DNA of 64,000 nucleotides, from NCBI GenBank assembly GCA_001662655.1, contig KV460264.1; one strand, 5' to 3'. Each line of letters opens with the position of its first letter. Within the stretch, counting starts at the first letter, position 1. The notes beneath the pieces were generated by a model, which was not told the origin of the DNA, searched no databases, and saw only the letters and a list, made by a program, of their open reading frames with translations. Made by a program: the position numbers and the translations under genes. The DNA comes from Pseudogymnoascus verrucosus. Lineage: Eukaryota. Shown piece by piece: positions 21,965 to 35,295 of this stretch.

Positions 21965-24567
21965 TTAGACCACGATGAACTCTCCGTCAACCTCCCTCAT
22001 CCACTTCTCCCACGCAAACACCTCGTGTCTCGTCAGTCCCTCACTCTCACCCCAAATGCGCTCGAGCACTTCTAGCCCAGCGTGGTTATTCCCATATCCA
22101 CCTCGCCTCGCAATGCCTCTGCATCGCTCACGCACCACATTGCGCTCCACTTCCCCAACCGCCTCACTTCCCGCGATAAACAGCGGCCACAACAAGAACT
22201 TCCCCATTGCATCGCATCCCTCCCCTGCTCCTTCCCCAAGACTCGTGACGTAGAAAAGCACCTGGCTCACATGCTGCTGCATAGTAATGTGCCCAGTAGG
22301 CAGGTGCGGCGCGGCAAGGCGCTCGGTATATAGTAGGGCCGCGTGGCGGAAGGCCTCCGAGACGTATCCAAAGTCGCGGATCTGATTCGGAGAGGGGACT
22401 AGCGGGTGCAGCGACGCGAGCAGGGTGGAGGGGGAGAAAGTCCACGTCTGCAGCGCGTGGCGTGTCGTGCGCCATTCCGTCCAGAACTGGATGCGTGGGT
22501 CGGAGGAGGGAGGTGGGGTGGGTGGAGGTTCGATGTACGAGGTACTTGTGGACGAGGGGAATTGCTGGGCGTACTGCTTGTAAAATTCCGAAAGGATTGG
22601 AGCGGAGGTCTGCGGGGGTGGGTTCAGGGTCGGTGGGGTATGAGTGCTTTGGAGGGGGTCGAGAACTGGACGGTTCTGCGCGAGGAGGTTGAGTCGGCCG
22701 AGGCTGGCGATGGTGGCGAAGAGCTTTCCGTCACACCCCGCGAGATTCTCGAGTGCGCATGAAGACGTCCAGGGTGAGGCGATCATATCCAGATATCCCC
22801 CGTGGAGCTGAGCCTCACGATCATTAACGGTCGCGGTAATAGCGTCGAAGAACGTAAAGATGCTCTCCATCCAACCCCAGTTGCCCGTCTGAACACCTGA
22901 GGAGCGCATACCGAGTAGCTTCTTTACGCCGGCGAATTGGGTCCTGAACTGTGCGATGCCAGTCTCGCACATGCGATAGTGGCAGAGCATCAGGAGCGTG
23001 GCGAGAACCGCATCGTGTTTTGCTAGGGAGGGGCTCGAAAGCTGCGCATTGAGGAGAGAAACAGCTAGACTGCGGTGATGGTACTCCTCCTGCACAGATG
23101 CGTCGTCTAATGGCGTTTCAGAGGCGCTTGATGTATTTGATGGCCGCCGCATGTTATATGACCCTGTGAAGTCTTGTCTCTCTTCGGATGGCTGGTTCCA
23201 ACTGTGCTGGCCAAGGCTCTGCTTCCTCCTCATCCGGAGATTGCACGAGGCGAGTGCGCAGATTGCATGCTGCAAGCTTTGGCTTTCTGTGGCGAGGCTC
23301 AAAATGTGCTGCCTATACGGATTGCTCGGGCTATCGATTGCCACGGTTACAGGGCAGATGATCTTCTCGTAGTAATTCAGGTAAAAGTTCAGCCGCGGGG
23401 ATACATCTGGTAGGAGCCCAATGTTGAGGGACTCTGGTATGCGATTGGTGAGATCCTGGTGCTGCCGCGTATAGTCATCGTCCTGGACTGATGTCCACGA
23501 GCTTTTGCTCATATGAGAGCCTGGCATGAACTGCTCAGAGCTATGAGAATGAGACATGCCTGCAAAGTTAGCACTCTACCTTTTAGTGCCAGTACGGGAA
23601 ACTCACCAAGTACGTCCTCGTCATAGTCTGTGTCGGAGACGTTGCAGAGGCCTGGCGACGTAGCCAACCGTCGACTCTCAGAGATGTCGAACAGTGCTGG
23701 GTGGGAATTGAGGCTCGAGCTGACGTCCGAGTGAGGATAAAACATGTCAGGGCAAGAAGTCGGCCCTCGGTGGTCTCCGGACGTTCCATACAGAGAGCCG
23801 TGATCCATCGATGAACTCTGTGGGTAGCTGTCATACATGCTCATTTGGTTATTCAGATAGGGCACATCCTCCACGTGAAATGATTGGGTGATAGAGGAGT
23901 ATTCTGCGTCACCGTACGCGCTCAACGAGGCACTAGATGGAGACAGCAAGTCATCGCCGTATCTGATCATGGGCGGCTGGAGACGGTGCAGTGAGTTCCG
24001 AAGGAGATGTCCCTGGCTTTCGGCTGGGGTGGCACTCCTCACGTGAAGGTGCTCCTGGGATGAGGTCCAATCCGAGTTGGTACCCGGGGAGTGCAGCAGA
24101 TTCGGGGACTTGGGGTTCATGTGTACGAAGTCGTAGCTCGTATACGGCGAGGCCAGCCGCGGGACCTCTCTCTCTATCTTGATTTCGATATCATCATCCC
24201 CAGCATGCCCTTCAACCGCTAACCGGTTGAGGGAGGACGTCGCTCGTGGCCGCGTGTAGCTTCTCGTCGGCGGGCTCTTGACAGCTGGCGCGGATTTGGC
24301 AACGGGCAAAGACAGGCCACGGAGCTTGCCACGGCTGGCAACTCCGACTCCCCACGTCAGCTGCGTCTTGTAGCCCGAGCAGTCGTTGCCAATCTCCAGA
24401 CACGGCGAGCAGTACGGTCGGCGGCGGTCGCACTTCGCGTTGCGTTTATGACAGGCGAAACAGTCGTCGGCGGCGCCGCTGGCGGGCGCTCTTCTCCTTC
24501 GCTTGCGGGGAGCAGCATCACAGACGGCTGCTGAGGTTGTTGGCGGACATGGGAGCGGCACCGTCAT
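21965..24567 (-). CDS. acr-2: Zn2Cys6 transcription factor with C-terminal fungal-specific TF domain (acriflavine-sensitivity control acr-2-like), 1 intron
   Basis: CFACHKRNAKCDRRRPYCSPCLEIGNDC followed by SGYKTQLTWGVGVASRGKLRG. Intron 23560-23606 joins the two ORFs. C-terminal SNPYRQHIL...LLWPLFIAGSE...WEKWM. The orthologue name is from memory of the family. Confidence 0.8.
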
Positions 24568-27500
24568 GTTTGGCTAAAGGTAGTGCCTAAATGTGGTGCA
24601 TCAATTCGGAGAATGGGAGATGTTGGGGGTTGTCAAGTCGCTCGGCAGTAGCTTGGTCGTGGTGAATGCTTGCTTCACATATATGATCGTTTCTCTTGAG
24701 GAAGGAACGAGGGAAGAGTTGAGGGTTAGGACAGGCGGTCAGTCAGGTGGTGTATGCGGGCATTGGGCTGTATATGAGAGTGTAATGACGAAATATGAAG
24801 GGTATCTCCGTTGAAGCAGAGGAGATGTGGAAATGGACCATAGATAGATAGTAGTAGCTCGCTGGAGTAGTCGGGTTGCTTGTCTGGTGTGTGGGGGGAT
24901 GAAGGAGGGGAGTGGAGCGGTCTAAGGAGACAGGTGTGTATATGCGGGACTGATAAACCCGACTCGTTTAGTGGAGAGTGGGAGGAGGGAGGAGGAGGGA
25001 AGAGGATGGAGGAGGAGGAGGGGGATTTGCCTTTCTCTTGATCAGCAATGCATTTGAGCGAGCGGTTCAACAGGGCTAGGTAGCTTGTTCTGCAGGCCGT
25101 CCCAGGTATTGGAGCCAGTGTCAAGTGGGAGGGGCCAATTGGAGAGAAGAGATATGAAGAAAGTGGGCGTGGGGAGGGGGGGATATGAGGGAGGGAGGGG
25201 GGGAGGGGGGAAGGGAGGAGGAGAGACGAAGAACGGAAGTGGGAAGAGGAGAGGACGGAGGGCAGGAACAGGAGAGGGAGCGAGCGAACGGGCGAACGAG
25301 CGAACGAGCGACGGTTAGAATTTTGGGGTTGGGGTAAGTACTCTGTATAGTTGGGGTTGGGGATATGCGGCAGCGGTATTATACGTACAGTACCGTACTA
25401 GATAGTACAGGGAGTAGTAGAGTAGTACCACGGAGTACCACGGTACATACCAAAGTGTTGATGGGTATAGTGTTAAGTAGTGTATGAGACGGCGGCGGCA
25501 TTCGAAGGAGGAGCACTTCTTCCGGTTGAAGTGAAGAATAAGAGTGAGCTATAACATAGGGCACTGCCGTGTATACCGGGCGGATATATTTTGTATGCTC
25601 TGTATACAGTTAGTTAGTATACAGTCAGTCTACCGTCAGTATACAGCGAGTCCACAGTATACCATACCATACCGTCCACGGCTCAATTCAATACTGGCCC
25701 TGTACTGTTCCTTGCACCGTATGGCATGGGGTTAGGATGATGGGTTTTAGAGACAACCCTACCCTACCTCCTACCTAGGGACAAGAACAGGGGCTGTAGC
25801 TCGGTTGGAGTTGGGGTGGGTTGGGGATCGTGTCGGTGTGTTTATCCCTATAACTGGAGTACTCCTATAACTACCAGTTAACATGGGTTATAGGATATAG
25901 GATATACTCCGTAGGATATGGGATATGGGATATGAGATCCATGTACACGCTATGAATGCACAAGGTGCATTCCGTACAAACAAAGTACTCTGTGTCTGTG
26001 TACATGTATCTATGGAATGTACGAATGGGAAGAAAAAGAGTACATGCGAATGAAGGAGGTACCTACCTGCTCTATCTTCCCAAGGATCGCTGGATCCACT
26101 CATTTCCTGTTTGCTTAGAGGCTTAGAGGGCGAAGTTGATCTTTAAAGTTTGGCCTCGCACCTTCCATCCATGTCTCAGAGTCTCAGACCTGCCCGGTTC
26201 AACCACGATCCGTCGGTCGTCGGTCGTGTGGCTTGCGGAGTGAAAAACTCAACTTCCCATGTGCACAGTCGCTACCAGACAGTAAGGGACCGACTGTATC
26301 ATAGAGTATAGGGCACGGCACGGAGAATAGAGTATCAAGATTTCCATCAACCATTTTAGAGCGGCAACCAAGGACGCCGAACAACTGTCGTCATGCTAGC
26401 ACAAAGTACAGAACTGTTCACTGTGTTCATTGTTCTACGTGGAGTTCATGCACACACAACTGTTTTCGAGGTGGTTGGAGTGGGGGACCATCAGGGCAAG
26501 TTTAACAAGTTTCAACAAGTTCAACGACTAGGTCGGCGCTAGAAGAGGCACCGAAGGCTGTGAGCCCGTTCTGTCCTCCCCGAGCCATCCCCACGCCACG
26601 CTGACCGCCGCACCAAACCAATTGTCCCGGATTTGAAGAGGATGGGAGATGGGAGATGGGAGATGGGAGGGAGGACAAGAAATCCTTCTGTGAATCATGC
26701 TGTGGTCTCAGTCGACGCTGTGTCAGGACAAGCTGACGTTGGAAGCTGTACTCGTCCTCATCGCTCCGTTGTTCCCGCGGCCTCGAGCGCCATCTCACTC
26801 CTCCCTCCTCCCTTCCCCCGATGCCCCTCCCACCATCTTTGGCTCCATCCCACGCAACCGAGCAGCAGCATCGGTGTTTTTTGTATGTATGTCTGGATGA
26901 TTGTATGGTAACAGTAGTTGAAGCCCCTTCGGAAAACCTTCGGAAATCAGTAGTTCCTGCACCTAAGTGGGCGCTTATCGTCGGTGGGGAAGCTAAAACA
27001 GGAACTAAGGAGGGGGAAGAGGGTCCAAAATGTAACTCTGAGGACTCTGAGAGGTCAAAAGAACGAGACCAGGGCACGACCAGGAAAGAAAGAGAAAGAT
27101 CAGGACAAACCAGTGCCTTCGAAGCCCAGCGCCATCTATCCGTCAAGAAAAATGCCTTGGCACATCCCATCTCACTTTCCCCTTCCCGACGGACGCTAGT
27201 ACTGTACTGCATGTACGTACGAGTCGGAGTCAAGCGTGTGCCTTCCTTGTACTTTTTGTACGTATGTCAGCGGCCATGGAGGGATGTGCGGAATCCACCG
27301 CCAGATAGACCACGGGGGGGGCACGGGGAGGAAGGCACGAGTCTGGTCTGTCTGTCTGGCTGACTTCTAATAGTAGTAGCTGCACAACGCCGGCTTGGGA
27401 GACGGGCTGGTAATTGACAGCAGTTTCACTATTTCGTGAGAAATGGTTGGTGGGTTCGAGATTGATTCCAGCAGTCCGGCGGCCGCCGATACAGTACCAC

Positions 27501-30500
27501 AGTACCATAAACCGCAACCGCCGTTTCGATCTGGGCGCGCTCCTCGGCAGATAGTGTCAGCCACTCTTCCCGTTCCCCAGACCCAAGATCTGTCTTTTCA
27601 TCCCGTCGTGCTACTGTGCTGTGCCTGGTGGTTTCTGCGCGATGGGAGATGCGGCTGGAGCGCCATGATTGACAGATTGACAGTTAGATGGATGGTGTTC
27701 CCGCTGTGAAAGACCACCACACCACAGCGCCATGCTGGCTTGTCTCGCTGAAAATAGCAACCATGATATGATATTCGCCATATTGTCTCAAAGGAGGCCT
27801 CGGATCCAGGAGAGGAAGGACCCAGCCCAAGATCCATGCCAGGACAAGGAAGAGATGACAGTCTATCGCGCAAATTCAGGACTTGTACCATACAGTGTAG
27901 CAAAGTAGAGTACCCGCCATGGTCCACGATATACCGATAGACAGCACAGCGAGTACTTGCCTAGGTCGATGGTGTGTCGCATGTGGTGGTTGAAGGTCTC
28001 ATCAAGTCTCCTTCGCTCCTGCTGCAGCCATTATAGAAGACTACTCAGTATAAATTAGTAACAACTGAACGCTGGGTACAACGCGATACTTACAGAGCCA
28101 CTAGAAAGATCCCCGAATAATCCTGGAATCATCGCCGAATCATCCCAGACGGGCTTGACTCTATTCGTCCTGTAGCGGGTCGTGGGAACGTTACATGCGT
28201 TTGCTGAGGATAGTCCTAGCGTTGGAGACGGTGAACAAGGATTAAGGGGGGGTGGTGTAGGGGGTTGGTGTAGGGATATAGGGGTTTGTAGGGGGCTGTA
28301 GGGGGTGGAGGGGGTGAAGGTGGCTCTCTGTGCCGTATGGAGAACACTCCAACACCACATAAATGCCAATTTACAGTACTATACAGCGCTGTACAATATT
28401 ATCCAGTACTCTACTCTACCAGTACTCTACTTACATACCTTCCGGTATAGTATAAACAGTATCTCTGTTCTGGATAAGCCTTGCGTGCCAATTCTCCCCT
28501 GGCAATGTTTCCTTCTGTCTAGGTATATTCATCGATGTCTGTGATTCTGACTTCCTACTAGGTACTCTATTATACTACTACAGTAGGACGAAATAGTTCC
28601 CTACGAACCCTGCACAGAGGATCACCGACTTACTCTCCCTGAGATCCGAAACTACGCATCAACCCGCTAATCTCACTTTCTACTAGAAAAAGTAGTCTGG
28701 GTTAGGTCAGCACGGTCAGTACTGGAACTTATGCTGTACAGTACAAACAAGCACGGGCGTATGGCACGGGCATACCTATCGACAGCGCATCTTCATAACA
28801 CCCCTCGCCCCGGCATTCCAACGCGCGACTATTCCGCATCGAACGGCTCGCGGAATCCCGTTGGTGTGGGCATGGCGCGTCGACGTTGCCAAGGGTAAGG
28901 ATCGCGCAGTGGGAAGGCCTTACTTAAGTATTTCTCCAGGCGTGCACCCAGCACCTTGCCTTCAGACAGCTGTCTGAACCGCCAGCCCCGAGTGAGACGC
29001 TGCGATGTTGCGCTGCATTGGCTGGGACTGCTACTCTACACCAGATTTGAAATAATAAGACCGAGGCCGCGCCCGTGATCTGGTGGTGGTGGGTGGTGGG
29101 CGCAACAAACTGCGAGATCGACTTACCCGTCCAAGTGGCGCTGGTGTTGTAGGGGAGTTGTAGGGATATTGCCAGTGGTGGCGGGGCTTGGCGAGACCGT
29201 TGAATGGGGGGGGGGAAAGGGTGAAAGGGGGGGGTGGGGGGGAGTACTGTACTAAACGTTAGGGTACCGCTGGCTGACAGGTAGAGTACAGGGGATACCA
29301 GGTCCTGTCAACTCAATACGCTGGACCATAAGCTATCTATCTGTCAGATGCTTTATCATCCTCCATCGTCGATTGATTGCTGGCCACACTCTTCTGGTCA
29401 GCTCTGCACGCGACTCGGTGATTCACCCGTCTGACTGTATAAATAGCCGTGGAGGGATCGGTCCATGGACACGGCACGGCATTGACCGATCCTACCACGG
29501 CTTCCCCTTTATCACCCAGTCCCCATCTCACCGACGCCTCCCAGCCCTCGCCGCCATAGGCCACAGACCCACCGCATCGCGCATGGCAGCAGCATCGCCA
29601 GACACGCGAAGACACCGCGGCCGCACTAGTGCCGCCACGCCAACGCCACCGAATGTCCGGGGGGGAAGGCGACAAGAGTGGGGGGCAGATGGAGAACACA
29701 TGCAGGTGAGACACGCCAACGATGCCGAGCTTCGTCGGGGTTTCCGGTTTCAGCGCGTCGTGTGCCCTGAGAGGAGAACGTGGAGGGGGGAGAGGGGCGG
29801 CGAAGTGGCGGGGATGGGGGATAGAGGATGGAGGATGAATGTTTGCTTCTTTTGCGTTTGCTTTTTTGTGGGTTTTGTTAGCACTGTTATAACTGTATAT
29901 ACGATAAGGTTCGTGCTTCTGGATGCATATTGCGTCGATGGCAGCGGCGATGGCGACAGAGTGGGCGAGGGAGCCGAGCCGGTCGGGGAGGGATCCACCT
30001 AGGGATGGAGTCGTGTCAGGGCTTCACGGTCAACACGGACAAGGCGGATCACATACTCTATAACACATTCACTACTTACAGTACTCTACATACCTCATAC
30101 AGTAGTTATGTAGTATTAAAACTATGCAGTCAGTTGCATATCTAGTATACATTTTCACATGCCAGCCAGGCCGAGCGAGTATGCGCATACAGGGTCGGAG
30201 AAGAGTACGAGAAGAGAAGTTGGTGCGTAGATGTTGTGTAGGTGGTCTGTGGCTTGTACATTGATTACAGTATTCTCAGGATCGGCGTTCGGCGGTTTGC
30301 GGTCAAGATCTCCTCGTCGTTCGTCTCATCTTCAACCAGTCAAGCCTCATCACTCAATTGCACTAGTATGGTAAGTGCGCTTCGGTGTATTATAGTACAC
30401 AAGCACCTATCTACAGGACTGTTGCTGTTGTTATTGTTTTGTAGTGACGCTGTAGCATCAAACTACACCTGTCCTGCTCCCCTTCAACCGTGCTGTCTAT

Positions 30501-30779
30501 TGAGCAATATCTTCCCTACCCCTTTTATCTACATTCTTCGTATCCCTACCCCTCCACTGCCGCCTTTCCGAAGGTGAGATGCATAAACTATCACTGACCA
30601 TCTTCTCTTATCACCACCTCTAGGGCTGGCCCACATTTAGGATACTCTCCCGCCAAGCCAACGATTCATAATCGCCTGCCCCGATGAGGTAATAGCCTCG
30701 CCGTCCCGCTTTTCAAACGGAATAACCCTTTCTTTGAGATGATACACACTGGTGGCCGGTACACACCTCCGGCCAGGGC

Positions 30780-30828
30780 CAGGCACAACGGCGACGGGGG
30801 CAGGCACAACGGCGACGGGGGCAGGCAC
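30780..30828. repeat. 21-bp tandem repeat, about 2.3 copies
   Basis: CAGGCACAACGGCGACGGGGG twice, followed by CAGGCAC. Confidence 0.85.
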
Positions 30829-33800
30829 GATCTAACCAAACGGGCCTCCTCCCCTCCCCTAACAGTAGTGCGATGAATGGAAGCGAGAAAGACTGCCAGG
30901 GACAACTGGAGAAAGACTTGGAGGTGGGGCATGGCATATATGACAGAAGTGAGAGAAGGGTGGTAGGCTAGTGGCATCAAGTGAGTGGGACGACACTATT
31001 CCCCGCATTCAACTCTGCAGCTGCCGTGGACCAGTCCACCAACTTCCTCAGCCAACGAAAGGGCTGAAGAAGCCTGATCAGCGAACATATAGACGCCAGC
31101 CAATACTCACTGCCAACCTAACGGTGTGCCTACTCGCCGCCGCTGACCTCCAGCAGCAGCCCGTCCGGACATGGCGCCTAAAGTAGCAGCCCATCCACCA
31201 CTTTCCCAGCCGCTCCTGCCCAGCCGCATTATCACGCATTACCACACTTGGAGCTGCTTGGCTCTAGACCCCAGCCAGCCCCGATCCCACTCGAGCAACC
31301 AGGTTAGCGACAGGTAACTTGGCGGTTGGCAGGACGGCGCCGATCGGTGTGCCTGATCTGCAGAACTTTCTAGCTCATCGACGACGCTCTGTCAAAGACG
31401 TGGGGTGTGAGACAAACATCTAAGATGCGGGATTTTCTGTCTCGCATCTTGTTGACCTAGGTAGGTAGGAGGGATTGCATGATAAGAACGCTATTTTGGC
31501 TTGTGAAAGGAGTTGCTTCTTTCTTTTTTGGTTGGGACGTGCAGCCGTACGGGTCGTGCGAAGAAGGAAGGTGGATATTCGTTGCCGGCCGGTTCTTACC
31601 GAACACCCCGGCCGGGTCGAGAAAGCTGCCCGCCCTAAAAATAGGAGGAGGCAGTGCGTCGTTCTTCTCCCTCCTTCCCTCCAGGACAGCTGGACTGCCC
31701 GTCCCTGAAGGCGAGAGACGATCGATCCCACCTTGGGCGGCAATGGCTCTGATTTCTGCCCCTGGGGACAATCTCACGTCGAAACGGCAGAGGGTGTGAT
31801 TCGACTGCTCGCCTCGATCCAAGTGGATGCAGTTTACGTGGCGTCTCAGCTCTGATACGCCAGCAGCAGCACTGTCAAGTGGATAATCTGCTCTCGCTTC
31901 GCCGTCAACCTGGATGTCCTAACGGAACTTACGCGAGGATATTTTGGAGTGATGGTGAGTGAGCTAGTTGTCAACTCGAATGCGGGGCACCAGGGCAGAA
32001 CTAACGCTTACCCCGCGTTTTTGGTGGAGGAAGGGGGGGAGGGGAGCCGCAACGGCTGCGGGAGAGGGGAGACGGGTTGGCATCAAGCATCCTTCCCCTA
32101 CCAGAGGGCCGAGTAGGCTGTGATTCCCAGCCTTATGCGAGTCACTTCCGAATGAAAAGGGTTATTGATGGATCTATTGGGGATCTTAGTTGCTGTTGAT
32201 TTCCGTTTGTCGTTGGTCTTTCAACAGCACACTCAACGGTACTTAGGGGGCTACGCGGCTGCCGAAGCTAGCCGTTCATCACAGAATTTTCCTTGGGATT
32301 TTTACTTGTATTTCCCTCGCGCCTCTGGAAGTACAGAGGGTAAGCTCAGGTACCAAGCCTCACATCTGAATACTTATTTGTCGTGTGTATAGCCACGTAC
32401 TGTACACTTCCCCGCACTATTTGGGTGGACAGGCCGGCGGTCTGGGGGATGAAGGATGGCTACATGCAGTAGCGGACGAGGAGTTAAAAAAACGGTTGAG
32501 GGTCTCACGCAGTGGGTCTGGGGAAGCTGAACGTGGGGAAGACAGATTTTGCAAACACGTCTGCGACAAGGAGATGTGGGTTAGGGGGCGGGGTAATTTG
32601 CCACCATATTGATTGATTGCAGCTCGCCAGATGCTGCAGTGTGGAATCACTTCGCCAGGTCGGTGCTGGTGTCATGTTTGTATAGGGCATCATCGTGTTG
32701 AGAAGGGGCACGGGACTCGCAGTACGGCCCAATATTGCTGCGGCTCCAGTTGGAGTGTAGGGATGATGATTGACGTATTACGTGTAGGTTTCCGTGGACC
32801 TGCGTTTTGCTCCAAGCATTGACTCTTGTTCACGATACCTATGCATTATTCTCTTAAGAGAACCACCCCTAGAAGGTTTTCATGAACAGGTGGAGGTGGT
32901 CAGTGGGTTACCCATATTGTTATGTAGGCAACGAGTCACATATTGCATGGTTTAAACGTGGTCTTCTACCTGCCATTTGAAGTCGACACATGTCAAAAAC
33001 GAATAGTGACAACTCTATACACGGGTGTCAGACCGATGCCTCTCACGGAATGATGGAGATATTATCACGGAGTTTGTCTTGTTCCAGCAAGCCTCGCTTT
33101 TAGCCCCTGTTTCGTTAGTTTCATGGCATTTCTGTAGTTTGTAGTGGAAACCCCATGCCTGAACTTCGCAAGAGGCCTCATATCATTGCCAGAACCCGAG
33201 ATGATGCAGCCTAAGAAGAAAATATAATCAAGCTACCTTCCAATCTCGAGTTGAAATGAACCATGTCTTTGTATGGTAACAGCCTCTGGGTCCTGCTGCT
33301 TAAATCCCATTTTCTTCTCTGGGCCCTGATATCGAGGATAGGGGTAGTCCACCCAGCACAGGTTAAGCCAATGACAAACGTGTCAGTGGCTCCTCCATCA
33401 GCGAAATTGCCAGTTTTGAATGAATATGATTCTCTCTGTGATCTTCGAATCTGGCTAACTCTTTGCACTTGAGTTCTATCTTATTTCCCGGCTTGTGAAT
33501 GGAGTCACTCAACTAGCTATTCTCACCATGGCCAAATGATTTCGTCCAATGTCAAAGCAATTCAACCCATACGCGGAGACAGAGCGATCTCGCGGAGCCT
33601 CGCAATTCATGCCCTTGTTGATGTCGTCTCCCACCTCTGAAGAGCAGCCATGAGACAGTGTCGGATTTCGTTGAAGGCCGTCGACGTATTGCAGACAACT
33701 ATATCATTTTTGACAACCTAAGCCATCGAGAATGGGGAAAATATTCGAAAGAATGCACGCCTCGGCCCACGATGGAATGCAATCATGCTATTGCCGAATA

Positions 33801-35295
33801 CTTCTTGTTGTCGTTGCTTCGACAATTGTCGTATGCAAAGCAAAATTATCGTCAATATTGCATCTGTTCTCATCTACCAGCCGCCGGCCGGGGGGGGCTT
33901 CATTCCCTATGGGGTTCTCATCAGCCCAATGCTTCCAAAACGTCAACAAAGAAGAATACTGTACGTCGCCCAACAGAGCCTCCGGAATTAGTGCACCCAC
34001 TAAACTTGGAGAGGTCGTTCAAGGTTCTTCCTCGGCCCATTCCTTTTTATCATTAAACCGTTCCGTGGTATTGTCTCTATAGCTCCAAGCGACAGCAATC
34101 TTACATCGTTTCAGGGCACCATCTTCACATGGCATCACATCGTAGTGGATCTGTTTCACTTCAGCCTTGCGACCTCGATCACAATCCGCCTGACTTCGAG
34201 AGGCTCCCGTGCCGTGCCTGTCATCAGTCCAGAGTCAGTCGATTGTCGCCCACTATGCTCATTCCTCGATGGGCGTTCCTGATCTCCCTCTAGTTCCCCC
34301 ACCTTTCACTCCGCGCCACCAAACCTCGTCGCTGATAGACACTTCAGCTGTCACAATCGCGTTTTCGTCGGAGCCCGGTAGATCTCTTGGGATAATCCGC
34401 GCTGCATGAGCCCACATAGATAGGATATCATGAGGATCTTCGCGTGCTTTCTATGTATTGACAGCCTGATAGACGGCCCGGTGTTCTGATAACGGAGGGG
34501 GGAGGTGCTTAGACCGCGTAGTCGAGCAACGTTACATGCCCAGATAGAAGTCCACATAGCAGCCTTGGCCCGGTGAATAGGTGCAGTAGTTTGCTATGGC
34601 CGATGCCTTCAGTCACATGTTGGCCAGCACTTAAGTACCTTATATTCTGTGGCTCTACTCAATTATACGGTGAGGAAGCGCTATACTATACCTTGCCTAG
34701 GAACGCTTAACAGTGGAGTCTTCAAGATTGTACTCGATACATGAGGAAGGAGTAATGAGGCAGTTCAGTGTGGAGTTGTTTTGGTATTGTGATCTTATCT
34801 AATCTTTTAATATTGACATGAATCAATCAAAACCATAATCTAATCATGTGATGATATTAATAAGACCTGTGTCAAGACTATAAAAATGGAGTCTAATACT
34901 TGTAATACAACTGTCTAATTATTAGTAATAGTGAAATTCTTGACCTCTAGTAGCAGTTCATATACTTCTTAAGGTGCAGGTCTCGATCTTGCACCATTAG
35001 GCATGTTAAGTTCTGGGAGGTGAATAAGCTGGCGTAAAATTGAGTGCCATAGAATATGCTCCCCCTCCATTAATAAAATGACTGATAATATGTCATTAAA
35101 CGTGCCTCAGTACAATTCAATAGGTCCCTCGCATCTCTCATACCTTTACTAGTTATTAATATGTTCTCCTATCTGCTCCAGCTTATATTTCAACCGGACT
35201 TCTAACTTGACCAACCTCCAACCTTGAACAATCATGTTGCGGACATTTTAGTCATAAATTATATAGTAATGACCTTTCGTTGTCAAACCCCCATC

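Noticed and set aside
26502..30002. ORFs of 180-243 aa (26502-27233, 26821-27363, 29373-30002)
   Set aside because: Low-complexity, microsatellite-derived composition, overlapping on both strands, with no domain signal.
33211..34082. Cluster of short ORFs that might be a gene relic
   Set aside because: I could not assign any family or a consistent exon structure by eye.
34973..34997. Hairpin GGTGCAGG...CTTGCACC(A) resembling a tRNA 3' end
   Set aside because: No TTCRA T-loop and no upstream cloverleaf.
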